Of a DNA stretch of 57,332 nt, positions 19,611-33,971 are shown piece by piece. The stretch is taken from assembly GCA_964016885.1 (NCBI GenBank), contig CAXHJY010001358.1, positions 1 to 57,332 on the forward strand, written 5' to 3'. Within the stretch, counting starts at the first letter, position 1. Each line of letters starts with the position of its first letter. The translations under genes were made by a program, and so were the position numbers. The notes below the pieces were generated by a model. The model made no database searches and was not told the DNA's origin. It worked only from the letters and a program-made list of their open reading frames with translations. This DNA comes from Eledone cirrhosa. Lineage: Eukaryota.

Positions 19611-20132
19611 CTAAGCGAGAGATAGAGGGGAAGAAAGAGAGGGGGGGGGGGAGGGGGAGAGATATTGTGGCTGACCGCAGCCCCCTCGTGGAGAAGCAAG
19701 GAGGGTGAAGGGGTGGATCGGATTTTTGACTTTCAAGTAGCATACTATATATATTTAAGGTAATTTATAAGTAGAATGGGGAGGATTTTGTTTTTTTTGT
19801 TTGAGAATACGATAGAATTAAGGAATTGGACGAATACGATAGAATTAAGATAGAAGGTTATGAATGTTTAACAAGCGATTTAACAAAAAGCAAAACTGCA
19901 AGATTTGTTCTGTTCAATACGACAAAAACACCGTATTTAAACCTTAAATAGATAACAAAAAAATACAGATTTCGGATTTTGCGAGATTGGATGTTTGTTT
20001 GGACTATGTACGGAATTGAGCGTGGAAATGGAGAGAAGAATTGTACTTTACGATTTACATGAGTCCATCATAGAAATAATTGAAGCAGCGGTGGATTGGC
20101 GAAAGTGGATAAACATGAAGGAGAACTTATCT

Positions 20133-20173
<41 letters not shown>

Positions 20174-20688
20174 CTAAGCGAGAGATAGAGGGGAAGAAAG
20201 AGAGGGGGGGGGGAGAGATATTGTGGCTGACCGCAGCCCCCTCGTGGAGAAGAAAGGAGGGTGAAGGGGTGGATCGGATTTTTGACTTTCAAGTAGCATA
20301 CTATATATATTTAAGGTAATTTATAAGTAGAATGGGGAGGATTTTGTTTTTTTTGTTTGAGAATACGATAGAATTAAGGAATTGGACGAATACGATAGAA
20401 TTAAGATAGAAGGTTATGAATGTTTAACAAGCGATTTAACAAAAAGCAAAACTGCAAGATTTGTTCTGTTCAATACGACAAAAACACCGTATTTAAACCT
20501 TAAATAGATAACAAAAAAATACAGATTTCGGATTTTGCGAGATTGGATGTTTGTTTGGACTATGTACGGAATTGAGCGTGGAAATGGAGAGAAGAATTGT
20601 ACTTTACGATTTACATGAGTCCATCATAGAAATAATTGAAGCAGCGGTGGATTGGCGAAAGTGGATAAACATGAAGGAGAACTTATCT

Positions 20689-20729
<41 letters not shown>

Positions 20730-21251
20730 CTAAGCGAGAGATAGAGGGGAAGAAAGAGAGGGGGGGGGGGAGGGGGAGAGATATTGTGGCTGACCGCAGC
20801 CCCCTCGTGGAGAAGCAAGGAGGGTGAAGGGGTGGATCGGATTTTTGACTTTCAAGTAGCATACTATATATATTTAAGGTAATTTATAAGTAGAATGGGG
20901 AGGATTTTGTTTTTTTTGTTTGAGAATACGATAGAATTAAGGAATTGGACGAATACGATAGAATTAAGATAGAAGGTTATGAATGTTTAACAAGCGATTT
21001 AACAAAAAGCAAAACTGCAAGATTTGTTCTGTTCAATACGACAAAAACACCGTATTTAAACCTTAAATAGATAACAAAAAAATACAGATTTCGGATTTTG
21101 CGAGATTGGATGTTTGTTTGGACTATGTACGGAATTGAGCGTGGAAATGGAGAGAAGAATTGTACTTTACGATTTACATGAGTCCATCATAGAAATAATT
21201 GAAGCAGCGGTGGATTGGCGAAAGTGGATAAACATGAAGGAGAACTTATCT

Positions 21252-21292
<41 letters not shown>

Positions 21293-21805
21293 CTAAGCGA
21301 GAGATAGAGGGGAAGAAAGAGAGGGGGGGGAGAGATATTGTGGCTGACCGCAGCCCCCTCGTGGAGAAGCAAGGAGGGTGAAGGGGTGGATCGGATTTTT
21401 GACTTTCAAGTAGCATACTATATATATTTAAGGTAATTTATAAGTAGAATGGGGAGGATTTTGTTTTTTTTGTTTGAGAATACGATAGAATTAAGGAATT
21501 GGACGAATACGATAGAATTAAGATAGAAGGTTATGAATGTTTAACAAGCGATTTAACAAAAAGCAAAACTGCAAGATTTGTTCTGTTCAATACGACAAAA
21601 ACACCGTATTTAAACCTTAAATAGATAACAAAAAAATACAGATTTCGGATTTTGCGAGATTGGATGTTTGTTTGGACTATGTACGGAATTGAGCGTGGAA
21701 ATGGAGAGAAGAATTGTACTTTACGATTTACATGAGTCCATCATAGAAATAATTGAAGCAGCGGTGGATTGGCGAAAGTGGATAAACATGAAGGAGAACT
21801 TATCT

Positions 21806-21854
<49 letters not shown>

Positions 21855-22357
21855 CTAAGCGAGAGATAGAGGGGAAGAAAGAGAGGATGGGGAGGGGGAG
21901 AGATATTGTGGCTGACCGCAGCCCCCTCGTGGAGAAGCAAGGAGGGTGAAGGGGTGGATCGGATTTTTGACTTTCAAGTAGCATACTATATATATTTAAG
22001 GTAATTTATAAGTAGAATGGGGAGGATTTTGTTTTTTTTGTTTGAGAATACGATAGAATTAAGGAATTGGACGAATACGATAGAATTAAGATAGAAGGTT
22101 ATGAATGTTTAACAAGCGATTTAACAAAAAGCAAAACTGCAAGATTTGTTCTGTTCAATACGACAAAAACACCGTATTTAAACCTTAAATAGATAACAAA
22201 AAAATACAGATTTCGGATTTTGCGAGATTGGATGTTTGTTTGGACTATGTACGGAATTGAGCGTGGAAATGGAGAGAAGAATTGTACTTTACGATTTACA
22301 TGAGTCCATCATAGAAATAATTGAAGCAAGTGGATAAACATGAAGGAGAACTTATCT

Positions 22358-22404
<47 letters not shown>

Positions 22405-23483
22405 CTAAGCGAGAGATAGAGGGGAAGAAAGAGAGGGGGGGGTGAGGGGGAGAGATATTGTGGCTGACCGCAGCCCCCTCGTGGAGAAGCAAGGAGGGTG
22501 AAGGGGTGGATCGGATTTTTGACTTTCAAGTAGCATACTATATATATTTAAGGTAATTTATAAGTAGAATGGGGAGGATTTTGTTTTTTTTGTTTGAGAA
22601 TACGATAGAATTAAGGAATTGGACGAATACGATAGAATTAAGATAGAAGGTTATGAATGTTTAACAAGCGATTTAACAAAAAGCAAAACTGCAAGATTTG
22701 TTCTGTTCAATACGACAAAAACACCGTATTTAAACCTTAAATAGATAACAAAAAAATACAGATTTCGGATTTTGCGAGATTGGATGTTTGTTTGGACTAT
22801 GTACGGAATTGAGCGTGGAAATGGAGAGAAGAATTGTACTTTACGATTTACATGAGTCCATCATAGAAATAATTGAAGCAGCGGTGGATTGGCGAAAGTG
22901 GATAAACATGAAGGAGAACTTATCTTATATATGTATGTGTGTGTGTGTGTGTGTGTGTAGCTAAGCGAGAGATAGAGGGGAAGAAAGAGAGGGGGGGGGG
23001 GGGGGGGGGTGAGAGATATTGTGGCTGACCGCAGCCCCCTCGTGGAGAAGCAAGGAGGGTGAAGGGGTGGATCGGATTTTTGACTTTCAAGTAGCATACT
23101 ATATATATTTAAGGTAATTTATAAGTAGAATGGGGAGGATTTTGTTTTTTTTGTTTGAGAATACGATAGAATTAAGGAATTGGACGAATACGATAGAATT
23201 AAGATAGAAGGTTATGAATGTTTAACAAGCGATTTAACAAAAAGCAAAACTGCAAGATTTGTTCTGTTCAATACGACAAAAACACCGTATTTAAACCTTA
23301 AATAGATAACAAAAAAATACAGATTTCGGATTTTGCGAGATTGGATGTTTGTTTGGACTATGTACGGAATTGAGCGTGGAAATGGAGAGAAGAATTGTAC
23401 TTTACGATTTACATGAGTCCATCATAGAAATAATTGAAGCAGCGGTGGATTGGCGAAAGTGGATAAACATGGAGAACTTATCT

Positions 23484-23530
<47 letters not shown>

Positions 23531-24049
23531 CTAAGCGAGAGATAGAGGGGAAGAAAGAGAGGGGGGGGAGGGGGAGAGATATTGTGGCTGACCGCAGCCC
23601 CCTCGTGGAGAAGCAAGGAGGGTGAAGGGGTGGATCGGATTTTTGACTTTCAAGTAGCATACTATATATATTTAAGGTAATTTATAAGTAGAATGGGGAG
23701 GATTTTGTTTTTTTTGTTTGAGAATACGATAGAATTAAGGAATTGGACGAATACGATAGAATTAAGATAGAAGGTTATGAATGTTTAACAAGCGATTTAA
23801 CAAAAAGCAAAACTGCAAGATTTGTTCTGTTCAATACGACAAAAACACCGTATTTAAACCTTAAATAGATAACAAAAAAATACAGATTTCGGATTTTGCG
23901 AGATTGGATGTTTGTTTGGACTATGTACGGAATTGAGCGTGGAAATGGAGAGAAGAATTGTACTTTACGATTTACATGAGTCCATCATAGAAATAATTGA
24001 AGCAGCGGTGGATTGGCGAAAGTGGATAAACATGAAGGAGAACTTATCT

Positions 24050-24096
<47 letters not shown>

Positions 24097-24611
24097 CTAA
24101 GCGAGAGATAGAGGGGAAGAAAGAGAGGGGGGGGGGAGAGATATTGTGGCTGACCGCAGCCCCCTCGTGGAGAAGCAAGGAGGGTGAAGGGGTGGATCGG
24201 ATTTTTGACTTTCAAGTAGCATACTATATATATTTAAGGTAATTTATAAGTAGAATGGGGAGGATTTTGTTTTTTTTGTTTGAGAATACGATAGAATTAA
24301 GGAATTGGACGAATACGATAGAATTAAGATAGAAGGTTATGAATGTTTAACAAGCGATTTAACAAAAAGCAAAACTGCAAGATTTGTTCTGTTCAATACG
24401 ACAAAAACACCGTATTTAAACCTTAAATAGATAACAAAAAAATACAGATTTCGGATTTTGCGAGATTGGATGTTTGTTTGGACTATGTACGGAATTGAGC
24501 GTGGAAATGGAGAGAAGAATTGTACTTTACGATTTACATGAGTCCATCATAGAAATAATTGAAGCAGCGGTGGATTGGCGAAAGTGGATAAACATGAAGG
24601 AGAACTTATCT

Positions 24612-24654
<43 letters not shown>

Positions 24655-25173
24655 CTAAGCGAGAGATAGAGGGGAAGAAAGAGAGGGGGGGGGGAGGGGG
24701 AGAGATATTGTGGCTGACCGCAGCCCCCTCGTGGAGAAGCAAGGAGGGTGAAGGGGTGGATCGGATTTTTGACTTTCAAGTAGCATACTATATATATTTA
24801 AGGTAATTTATAAGTAGAATGGGGAGGATTTTGTTTTTTTTGTTTGAGAATACGATAGAATTAAGGAATTGGACGAATACGATAGAATTAAGATAGAAGG
24901 TTATGAATGTTTAACAAGCGATTTAACAAAAAGCAAAACTGCAAGATTTGTTCTGTTCAATACGACAAAAACACCGTATTTAAACCTTAAATAGATAACA
25001 AAAAAATACAGATTGGATTTTGCGAGATTGGATGTTTGTTTGGACTATGTACGGAATTGAGCGTGGAAATGGAGAGAAGAATTGTACTTTACGATTTACA
25101 TGAGTCCATCATAGAAATAATTGAAGCAGCGGTGGATTGGCGAAAGTGGATAAACATGAAGGAGAACTTATCT

Positions 25174-25214
<41 letters not shown>

Positions 25215-25733
25215 CTAAGCGAGAGATAGAGGGGAAGAAAGAGAGGATGGGGAGGGGGAGAGATATTGTGGCTGACCGCAGCCCCCTCGTGGAGAAGCAA
25301 GGAGGGTGAAGGGGTGGATCGGATTTTTGACTTTCAAGTAGCATACTATATATATTTAAGGTAATTTATAAGTAGAATGGGGAGGATTTTGTTTTTTTTG
25401 TTTGAGAATACGATAGAATTAAGGAATTGGACGAATACGATAGAATTAAGATAGAAGGTTATGAATGTTTAACAAGCGATTTAACAAAAAGCAAAACTGC
25501 AAGATTTGTTCTGTTCAATACGACAAAAACACCGTATTTAAACCTTAAATAGATAACAAAAAAATACAGATTTCGGATTTTGCGAGATTGGATGTTTGTT
25601 TGGACTATGTACGGAATTGAGCGTGGAAATGGAGAGAAGAATTGTACTTTACGATTTACATGAGTCCATCATAGAAATAATTGAAGCAGCGGTGGATTGG
25701 CGAAAGTGGATAAACATGAAGGAGAACTTATCT

Positions 25734-25780
<47 letters not shown>

Positions 25781-26298
25781 CTAAGCGAGAGATAGAGGGG
25801 AAGAAAGAGAGGGGGGGAGGGGGAGAGATATTGTGGCTGACCGCAGCCCCCTCGTGGAGAAGCAAGGAGGGTGAAGGGGTGGATCGGATTTTTGACTTTC
25901 AAGTAGCATACTATATATATTTAAGGTAATTTATAAGTAGAATGGGGAGGATTTTGTTTTTTTTGTTTGAGAATACGATAGAATTAAGGAATTGGACGAA
26001 TACGATAGAATTAAGATAGAAGGTTATGAATGTTTAACAAGCGATTTAACAAAAAGCAAAACTGCAAGATTTGTTCTGTTCAATACGACAAAAACACCGT
26101 ATTTAAACCTTAAATAGATAACAAAAAAATACAGATTTCGGATTTTGCGAGATTGGATGTTTGTTTGGACTATGTACGGAATTGAGCGTGGAAATGGAGA
26201 GAAGAATTGTACTTTACGATTTACATGAGTCCATCATAGAAATAATTGAAGCAGCGGTGGATTGGCGAAAGTGGATAAACATGAAGGAGAACTTATCT

Positions 26299-26345
<47 letters not shown>

Positions 26346-26847
26346 CTAAGCGAGAGATAGAGGGGAAGAAAGAGAGGGGGGGAGAGGGAGAGATATTGTG
26401 GCTGACCGCAGCCCCCTCGTGGAGAAGCAAGGAGGGTGAAGGGGTGGATCGGATTTTTGACTTTCAAGTAGCATACTATATATATTTAAGGTAATTTATA
26501 AGTAGAATGGGGAGGATTTTGTTTTTTTTGTTTGAGAATACGATAGAATTAAGGAATTGGACGAATACGATAGAATTAAGATAGAAGGTTATGAATGTTT
26601 AACAAGCGATTTAACAAAAAGCAAAACTGCAAGATTTGTTCTGTTCAATACGACAAAAACACCGTATTTAAACCTTAAATAGATAACAAAAAAATACAGA
26701 TTTCGGATTTTGCGAGATTGGATGTTTGTTTGGACTATGTACGGAATTGAGCGTGGAAATGGAGAGAAGAATTGTACTTTACGATTTACATGAGTCCATC
26801 ATAGAAATAATTGAAGCAAGTGGATAAACATGAAGGAGAACTTATCT

Positions 26848-26894
<47 letters not shown>

Positions 26895-27418
26895 CTAAGC
26901 GAGAGATAGAGGGGAAGAAAGAGAGGGGGGGGGGGGGAGGGGGAGAGATATTGTGGCTGACCGCAGCCCCCTCGTGGAGAAGCAAGGAGGGTGAAGGGGT
27001 GGATCGGATTTTTGACTTTCAAGTAGCATACTATATATATTTAAGGTAATTTATAAGTAGAATGGGGAGGATTTTGTTTTTTTTGTTTGAGAATACGATA
27101 GAATTAAGGAATTGGACGAATACGATAGAATTAAGATAGAAGGTTATGAATGTTTAACAAGCGATTTAACAAAAAGCAAAACTGCAAGATTTGTTCTGTT
27201 CAATACGACAAAAACACCGTATTTAAACCTTAAATAGATAACAAAAAAATACAGATTTCGGATTTTGCGAGATTGGATGTTTGTTTGGACTATGTACGGA
27301 ATTGAGCGTGGAAATGGAGAGAAGAATTGTACTTTACGATTTACATGAGTCCATCATAGAAATAATTGAAGCAGCGGTGGATTGGCGAAAGTGGATAAAC
27401 ATGAAGGAGAACTTATCT

Positions 27419-27465
<47 letters not shown>

Positions 27466-27977
27466 CTAAGCGAGAGATAGAGGGGAAGAAAGAGAGGGGG
27501 GGAGAGATATTGTGGCTGACCGCAGCCCCCTCGTGGAGAAGCAAGGAGGGTGAAGGGGTGGATCGGATTTTTGACTTTCAAGTAGCATACTATATATATT
27601 TAAGGTAATTTATAAGTAGAATGGGGAGGATTTTGTTTTTTTTGTTTGAGAATACGATAGAATTAAGGAATTGGACGAATACGATAGAATTAAGATAGAA
27701 GGTTATGAATGTTTAACAAGCGATTTAACAAAAAGCAAAACTGCAAGATTTGTTCTGTTCAATACGACAAAAACACCGTATTTAAACCTTAAATAGATAA
27801 CAAAAAAATACAGATTTCGGATTTTGCGAGATTGGATGTTTGTTTGGACTATGTACGGAATTGAGCGTGGAAATGGAGAGAAGAATTGTACTTTACGATT
27901 TACATGAGTCCATCATAGAAATAATTGAAGCAGCGGTGGATTGGCGAAAGTGGATAAACATGAAGGAGAACTTATCT

Positions 27978-28024
<47 letters not shown>

Positions 28025-28539
28025 CTAAGCGAGAGATAGAGGGGAAGAAAGAGAGGGGGGGGGGAGAGATATTGTGGCTGACCGCAGCCCCCTCGTGGAG
28101 AAGCAAGGAGGGTGAAGGGGTGGATCGGATTTTTGACTTTCAAGTAGCATACTATATATATTTAAGGTAATTTATAAGTAGAATGGGGAGGATTTTGTTT
28201 TTTTTGTTTGAGAATACGATAGAATTAAGGAATTGGACGAATACGATAGAATTAAGATAGAAGGTTATGAATGTTTAACAAGCGATTTAACAAAAAGCAA
28301 AACTGCAAGATTTGTTCTGTTCAATACGACAAAAACACCGTATTTAAACCTTAAATAGATAACAAAAAAATACAGATTTCGGATTTTGCGAGATTGGATG
28401 TTTGTTTGGACTATGTACGGAATTGAGCGTGGAAATGGAGAGAAGAATTGTACTTTACGATTTACATGAGTCCATCATAGAAATAATTGAAGCAGCGGTG
28501 GATTGGCGAAAGTGGATAAACATGAAGGAGAACTTATCT

Positions 28540-28580
<41 letters not shown>

Positions 28581-29102
28581 CTAAGCGAGAGATAGAGGGG
28601 AAGAAAGAGAGGGGGGGGGGGAGGGGGAGAGATATTGTGGCTGACCGCAGCCCCCTCGTGGAGAAGCAAGGAGGGTGAAGGGGTGGATCGGATTTTTGAC
28701 TTTCAAGTAGCATACTATATATATTTAAGGTAATTTATAAGTAGAATGGGGAGGATTTTGTTTTTTTTGTTTGAGAATACGATAGAATTAAGGAATTGGA
28801 CGAATACGATAGAATTAAGATAGAAGGTTATGAATGTTTAACAAGCGATTTAACAAAAAGCAAAACTGCAAGATTTGTTCTGTTCAATACGACAAAAACA
28901 CCGTATTTAAACCTTAAATAGATAACAAAAAAATACAGATTTCGGATTTTGCGAGATTGGATGTTTGTTTGGACTATGTACGGAATTGAGCGTGGAAATG
29001 GAGAGAAGAATTGTACTTTACGATTTACATGAGTCCATCATAGAAATAATTGAAGCAGCGGTGGATTGGCGAAAGTGGATAAACATGAAGGAGAACTTAT
29101 CT

Positions 29103-29143
<41 letters not shown>

Positions 29144-29664
29144 CTAAGCGAGAGATAGAGGGGAAGAAAGAGAGGGGGGGGGGAGGGGGAGAGATATTGT
29201 GGCTGACCGCAGCCCCCTCGTGGAGAAGCAAGGAGGGTGAAGGGGTGGATCGGATTTTTGACTTTCAAGTAGCATACTATATATATTTAAGGTAATTTAT
29301 AAGTAGAATGGGGAGGATTTTGTTTTTTTTGTTTGAGAATACGATAGAATTAAGGAATTGGACGAATACGATAGAATTAAGATAGAAGGTTATGAATGTT
29401 TAACAAGCGATTTAACAAAAAGCAAAACTGCAAGATTTGTTCTGTTCAATACGACAAAAACACCGTATTTAAACCTTAAATAGATAACAAAAAAATACAG
29501 ATTTCGGATTTTGCGAGATTGGATGTTTGTTTGGACTATGTACGGAATTGAGCGTGGAAATGGAGAGAAGAATTGTACTTTACGATTTACATGAGTCCAT
29601 CATAGAAATAATTGAAGCAGCGGTGGATTGGCGAAAGTGGATAAACATGAAGGAGAACTTATCT

Positions 29665-29709
<45 letters not shown>

Positions 29710-30227
29710 CTAAGCGAGAGATAGAGGGGAAGAAAGAGAGGGGGGGAGGGGGAGAGATATTGTGGCTGACCGCAGCCCCCTCGTGGAGAAGCAAGGAGGG
29801 TGAAGGGGTGGATCGGATTTTTGACTTTCAAGTAGCATACTATATATATTTAAGGTAATTTATAAGTAGAATGGGGAGGATTTTGTTTTTTTTGTTTGAG
29901 AATACGATAGAATTAAGGAATTGGACGAATACGATAGAATTAAGATAGAAGGTTATGAATGTTTAACAAGCGATTTAACAAAAAGCAAAACTGCAAGATT
30001 TGTTCTGTTCAATACGACAAAAACACCGTATTTAAACCTTAAATAGATAACAAAAAAATACAGATTTCGGATTTTGCGAGATTGGATGTTTGTTTGGACT
30101 ATGTACGGAATTGAGCGTGGAAATGGAGAGAAGAATTGTACTTTACGATTTACATGAGTCCATCATAGAAATAATTGAAGCAGCGGTGGATTGGCGAAAG
30201 TGGATAAACATGAAGGAGAACTTATCT

Positions 30228-30274
<47 letters not shown>

Positions 30275-30776
30275 CTAAGCGAGAGATAGAGGGGAAGAAA
30301 GAGAGGGGGGGAGAGGGAGAGATATTGTGGCTGACCGCAGCCCCCTCGTGGAGAAGCAAGGAGGGTGAAGGGGTGGATCGGATTTTTGACTTTCAAGTAG
30401 CATACTATATATATTTAAGGTAATTTATAAGTAGAATGGGGAGGATTTTGTTTTTTTTGTTTGAGAATACGATAGAATTAAGGAATTGGACGAATACGAT
30501 AGAATTAAGATAGAAGGTTATGAATGTTTAACAAGCGATTTAACAAAAAGCAAAACTGCAAGATTTGTTCTGTTCAATACGACAAAAACACCGTATTTAA
30601 ACCTTAAATAGATAACAAAAAAATACAGATTTCGGATTTTGCGAGATTGGATGTTTGTTTGGACTATGTACGGAATTGAGCGTGGAAATGGAGAGAAGAA
30701 TTGTACTTTACGATTTACATGAGTCCATCATAGAAATAATTGAAGCAAGTGGATAAACATGAAGGAGAACTTATCT

Positions 30777-30823
<47 letters not shown>

Positions 30824-31344
30824 CTAAGCGAGAGATAGAGGGGAAGAAAGAGAGGGGGGGGGGAGGGGGAGAGATATTGTGGCTGACCGCAGCCCCCTCG
30901 TGGAGAAGCAAGGAGGGTGAAGGGGTGGATCGGATTTTTGACTTTCAAGTAGCATACTATATATATTTAAGGTAATTTATAAGTAGAATGGGGAGGATTT
31001 TGTTTTTTTTGTTTGAGAATACGATAGAATTAAGGAATTGGACGAATACGATAGAATTAAGATAGAAGGTTATGAATGTTTAACAAGCGATTTAACAAAA
31101 AGCAAAACTGCAAGATTTGTTCTGTTCAATACGACAAAAACACCGTATTTAAACCTTAAATAGATAACAAAAAAATACAGATTTCGGATTTTGCGAGATT
31201 GGATGTTTGTTTGGACTATGTACGGAATTGAGCGTGGAAATGGAGAGAAGAATTGTACTTTACGATTTACATGAGTCCATCATAGAAATAATTGAAGCAG
31301 CGGTGGATTGGCGAAAGTGGATAAACATGAAGGAGAACTTATCT

Positions 31345-31389
<45 letters not shown>

Positions 31390-31901
31390 CTAAGCGAGAG
31401 ATAGAGGGGAAGAAAGAGAGGGGGGGAGAGATATTGTGGCTGACCGCAGCCCCCTCGTGGAGAAGCAAGGAGGGTGAAGGGGTGGATCGGATTTTTGACT
31501 TTCAAGTAGCATACTATATATATTTAAGGTAATTTATAAGTAGAATGGGGAGGATTTTGTTTTTTTTGTTTGAGAATACGATAGAATTAAGGAATTGGAC
31601 GAATACGATAGAATTAAGATAGAAGGTTATGAATGTTTAACAAGCGATTTAACAAAAAGCAAAACTGCAAGATTTGTTCTGTTCAATACGACAAAAACAC
31701 CGTATTTAAACCTTAAATAGATAACAAAAAAATACAGATTTCGGATTTTGCGAGATTGGATGTTTGTTTGGACTATGTACGGAATTGAGCGTGGAAATGG
31801 AGAGAAGAATTGTACTTTACGATTTACATGAGTCCATCATAGAAATAATTGAAGCAGCGGTGGATTGGCGAAAGTGGATAAACATGAAGGAGAACTTATC
31901 T

Positions 31902-31938
<37 letters not shown>

Positions 31939-32441
31939 AGCTAAGCGAGAGATAGAGGGGAAGAAAGAGAGGGGGGAGGGGGAGAGATATTGTGGCTGAC
32001 CGCAGCCCCCTCGTGGAGAAGCAAGGAGGGTGAAGGGGTGGATCGGATTTTTGACTTTCAAGTAGCATACTATATATATTTAAGGTAATTTATAAGTAGA
32101 ATGGGGAGGATTTTGTTTTTTTTGTTTGAGAATACGATAGAATTAAGGAATTGGACGAATACGATAGAATTAAGATAGAAGGTTATGAATGTTTAACAAG
32201 CGATTTAACAAAAAGCAAAACTGCAAGATTTGTTCTGTTCAATACGACAAAAACACCGTATTTAAACCTTAAATAGATAACAAAAAAATACAGATTTCGG
32301 ATTTTGCGAGATTGGATGTTTGTTTGGACTATGTACGGAATTGAGCGTGGAAATGGAGAGAAGAATTGTACTTTACGATTTACATGAGTCCATCATAGAA
32401 ATAATTGAAGCAAGTGGATAAACATGAAGGAGAACTTATCT

Positions 32442-32478
<37 letters not shown>

Positions 32479-33012
32479 TTGTGTGTGTGTGTAGCTAAGC
32501 GAGAGATAGAGGGGAAGAAAGAGAGGGGGGGAGGGGGAGAGATAGTGTGGCTGACCGCAGCCCCCTCGTGGAGAAGCAAGGAGGGTGAAGGGGTGGATCG
32601 GATTTTTGACTTTCAAGTAGCATACTATATATATTTAAGGTAATTTATAAGTAGAATGGGGAGGATTTTGTTTTTTTTGTTTGAGAATACGATAGAATTA
32701 AGGAATTGGACGAATACGATAGAATTAAGATAGAAGGTTATGAATGTTTAACAAGCGATTTAACAAAAAGCAAAACTGCAAGATTTGTTCTGTTCAATAC
32801 GACAAAAACACCGTATTTAAACCTTAAATAGATAACAAAAAAATACAGATTTCGGATTTTGCGAGATTGGATGTTTGTTTGGACTATGTACGGAATTGAG
32901 CGTGGAAATGGAGAGAAGAATTGTACTTTACGATTTACATGAGTCCATCATAGAAATAATTGAAGCAGCGGTGGATTGGCGAAAGTGGATAAACATGAAG
33001 GAGAACTTATCT

Positions 33013-33057
<45 letters not shown>

Positions 33058-33569
33058 CTAAGCGAGAGATAGAGGGGAAGAAAGAGAGGGGGGGAGAGAT
33101 ATTGTGGCTGACCGCAGCCCCCTCGTGGAGAAGCAAGGAGGGTGAAGGGGTGGATCGGATTTTTGACTTTCAAGTAGCATACTATATATATTTAAGGTAA
33201 TTTATAAGTAGAATGGGGAGGATTTTGTTTTTTTTTGTTTGAGAATACGATAGAATTAAGGAATTGGACGAATACGATAGAATTAAGATAGAAGGTTATG
33301 AATGTTTAACAAGCGATTTAACAAAAAGCAAAACTGCAAGATTTGTTCTGTTCAATACGACAAAAACACCGTATTTAAACCTTAAATAGATAACAAAAAA
33401 ATACAGATTTCGGATTTGCGAGATTGGATGTTTGTTTGGACTATGTACGGAATTGAGCGTGGAAATGGAGAGAAGAATTGTACTTTACGATTTACATGAG
33501 TCCATCATAGAAATAATTGAAGCAGCGGTGGATTGGCGAAAGTGGATAAACATGAAGGAGAACTTATCT

Positions 33570-33624
<55 letters not shown>

Positions 33625-33753
33625 CTAAGCGAGAGATAGAGGGGAAGAAAGAGAGGGGGGGAGATATTGTGGCTGACCGCAGCCCCCTCGTGGAGAAGCA
33701 AGGAGGGTGAAGGGGTGGATCGGATTTTGACTTTCAAGTAGCATACTATATAT
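17598..33753. repeat. Tandem array of ~29 units of ~560 bp (last unit partial)
   Basis: The landmark TTGTTTGGACTATG recurs 29 times from 17740 to 33432 (mean period ~560). Each unit has (TA)n(GT)n, a G-tract and an 18-bp internal direct repeat GAATACGATAGAATTAAG. Confidence 0.98.
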
Positions 33754-33754
33754 G

Positions 33755-33787
<33 letters not shown>

Positions 33788-33971
33788 GTATATATATATA
33801 TGTATATATATATATGTATGTATATATATATATGTATATATATGTATATATATATATATGTATATATATGTATATATATATATATGTATATATATGTATA
33901 TATATGTATATATATATATATGTATATATATGTATATATATGTATATATATATATGTATATATATGTATAT
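33754..33971. repeat. TG-interrupted (TA)n spacer
   Basis: Direct reading of the sequence. Confidence 0.97.

Noticed and set aside
17740-33710. Repeated 60-110 aa ORFs (MFGLCTEL..., MKVKNP...)
   Set aside because: Non-ATG starts, frames broken by (GT)n and G-run length changes, and no recognisable domain.
17598-33753. CRISPR array, or 5S/snRNA/spliced-leader gene cluster
   Set aside because: There are no unique spacers. I recognise no 5S, tRNA or snRNA sequence, and the AAG|GTAA donor-like motif alone is insufficient. An Rfam search would be the decisive test.
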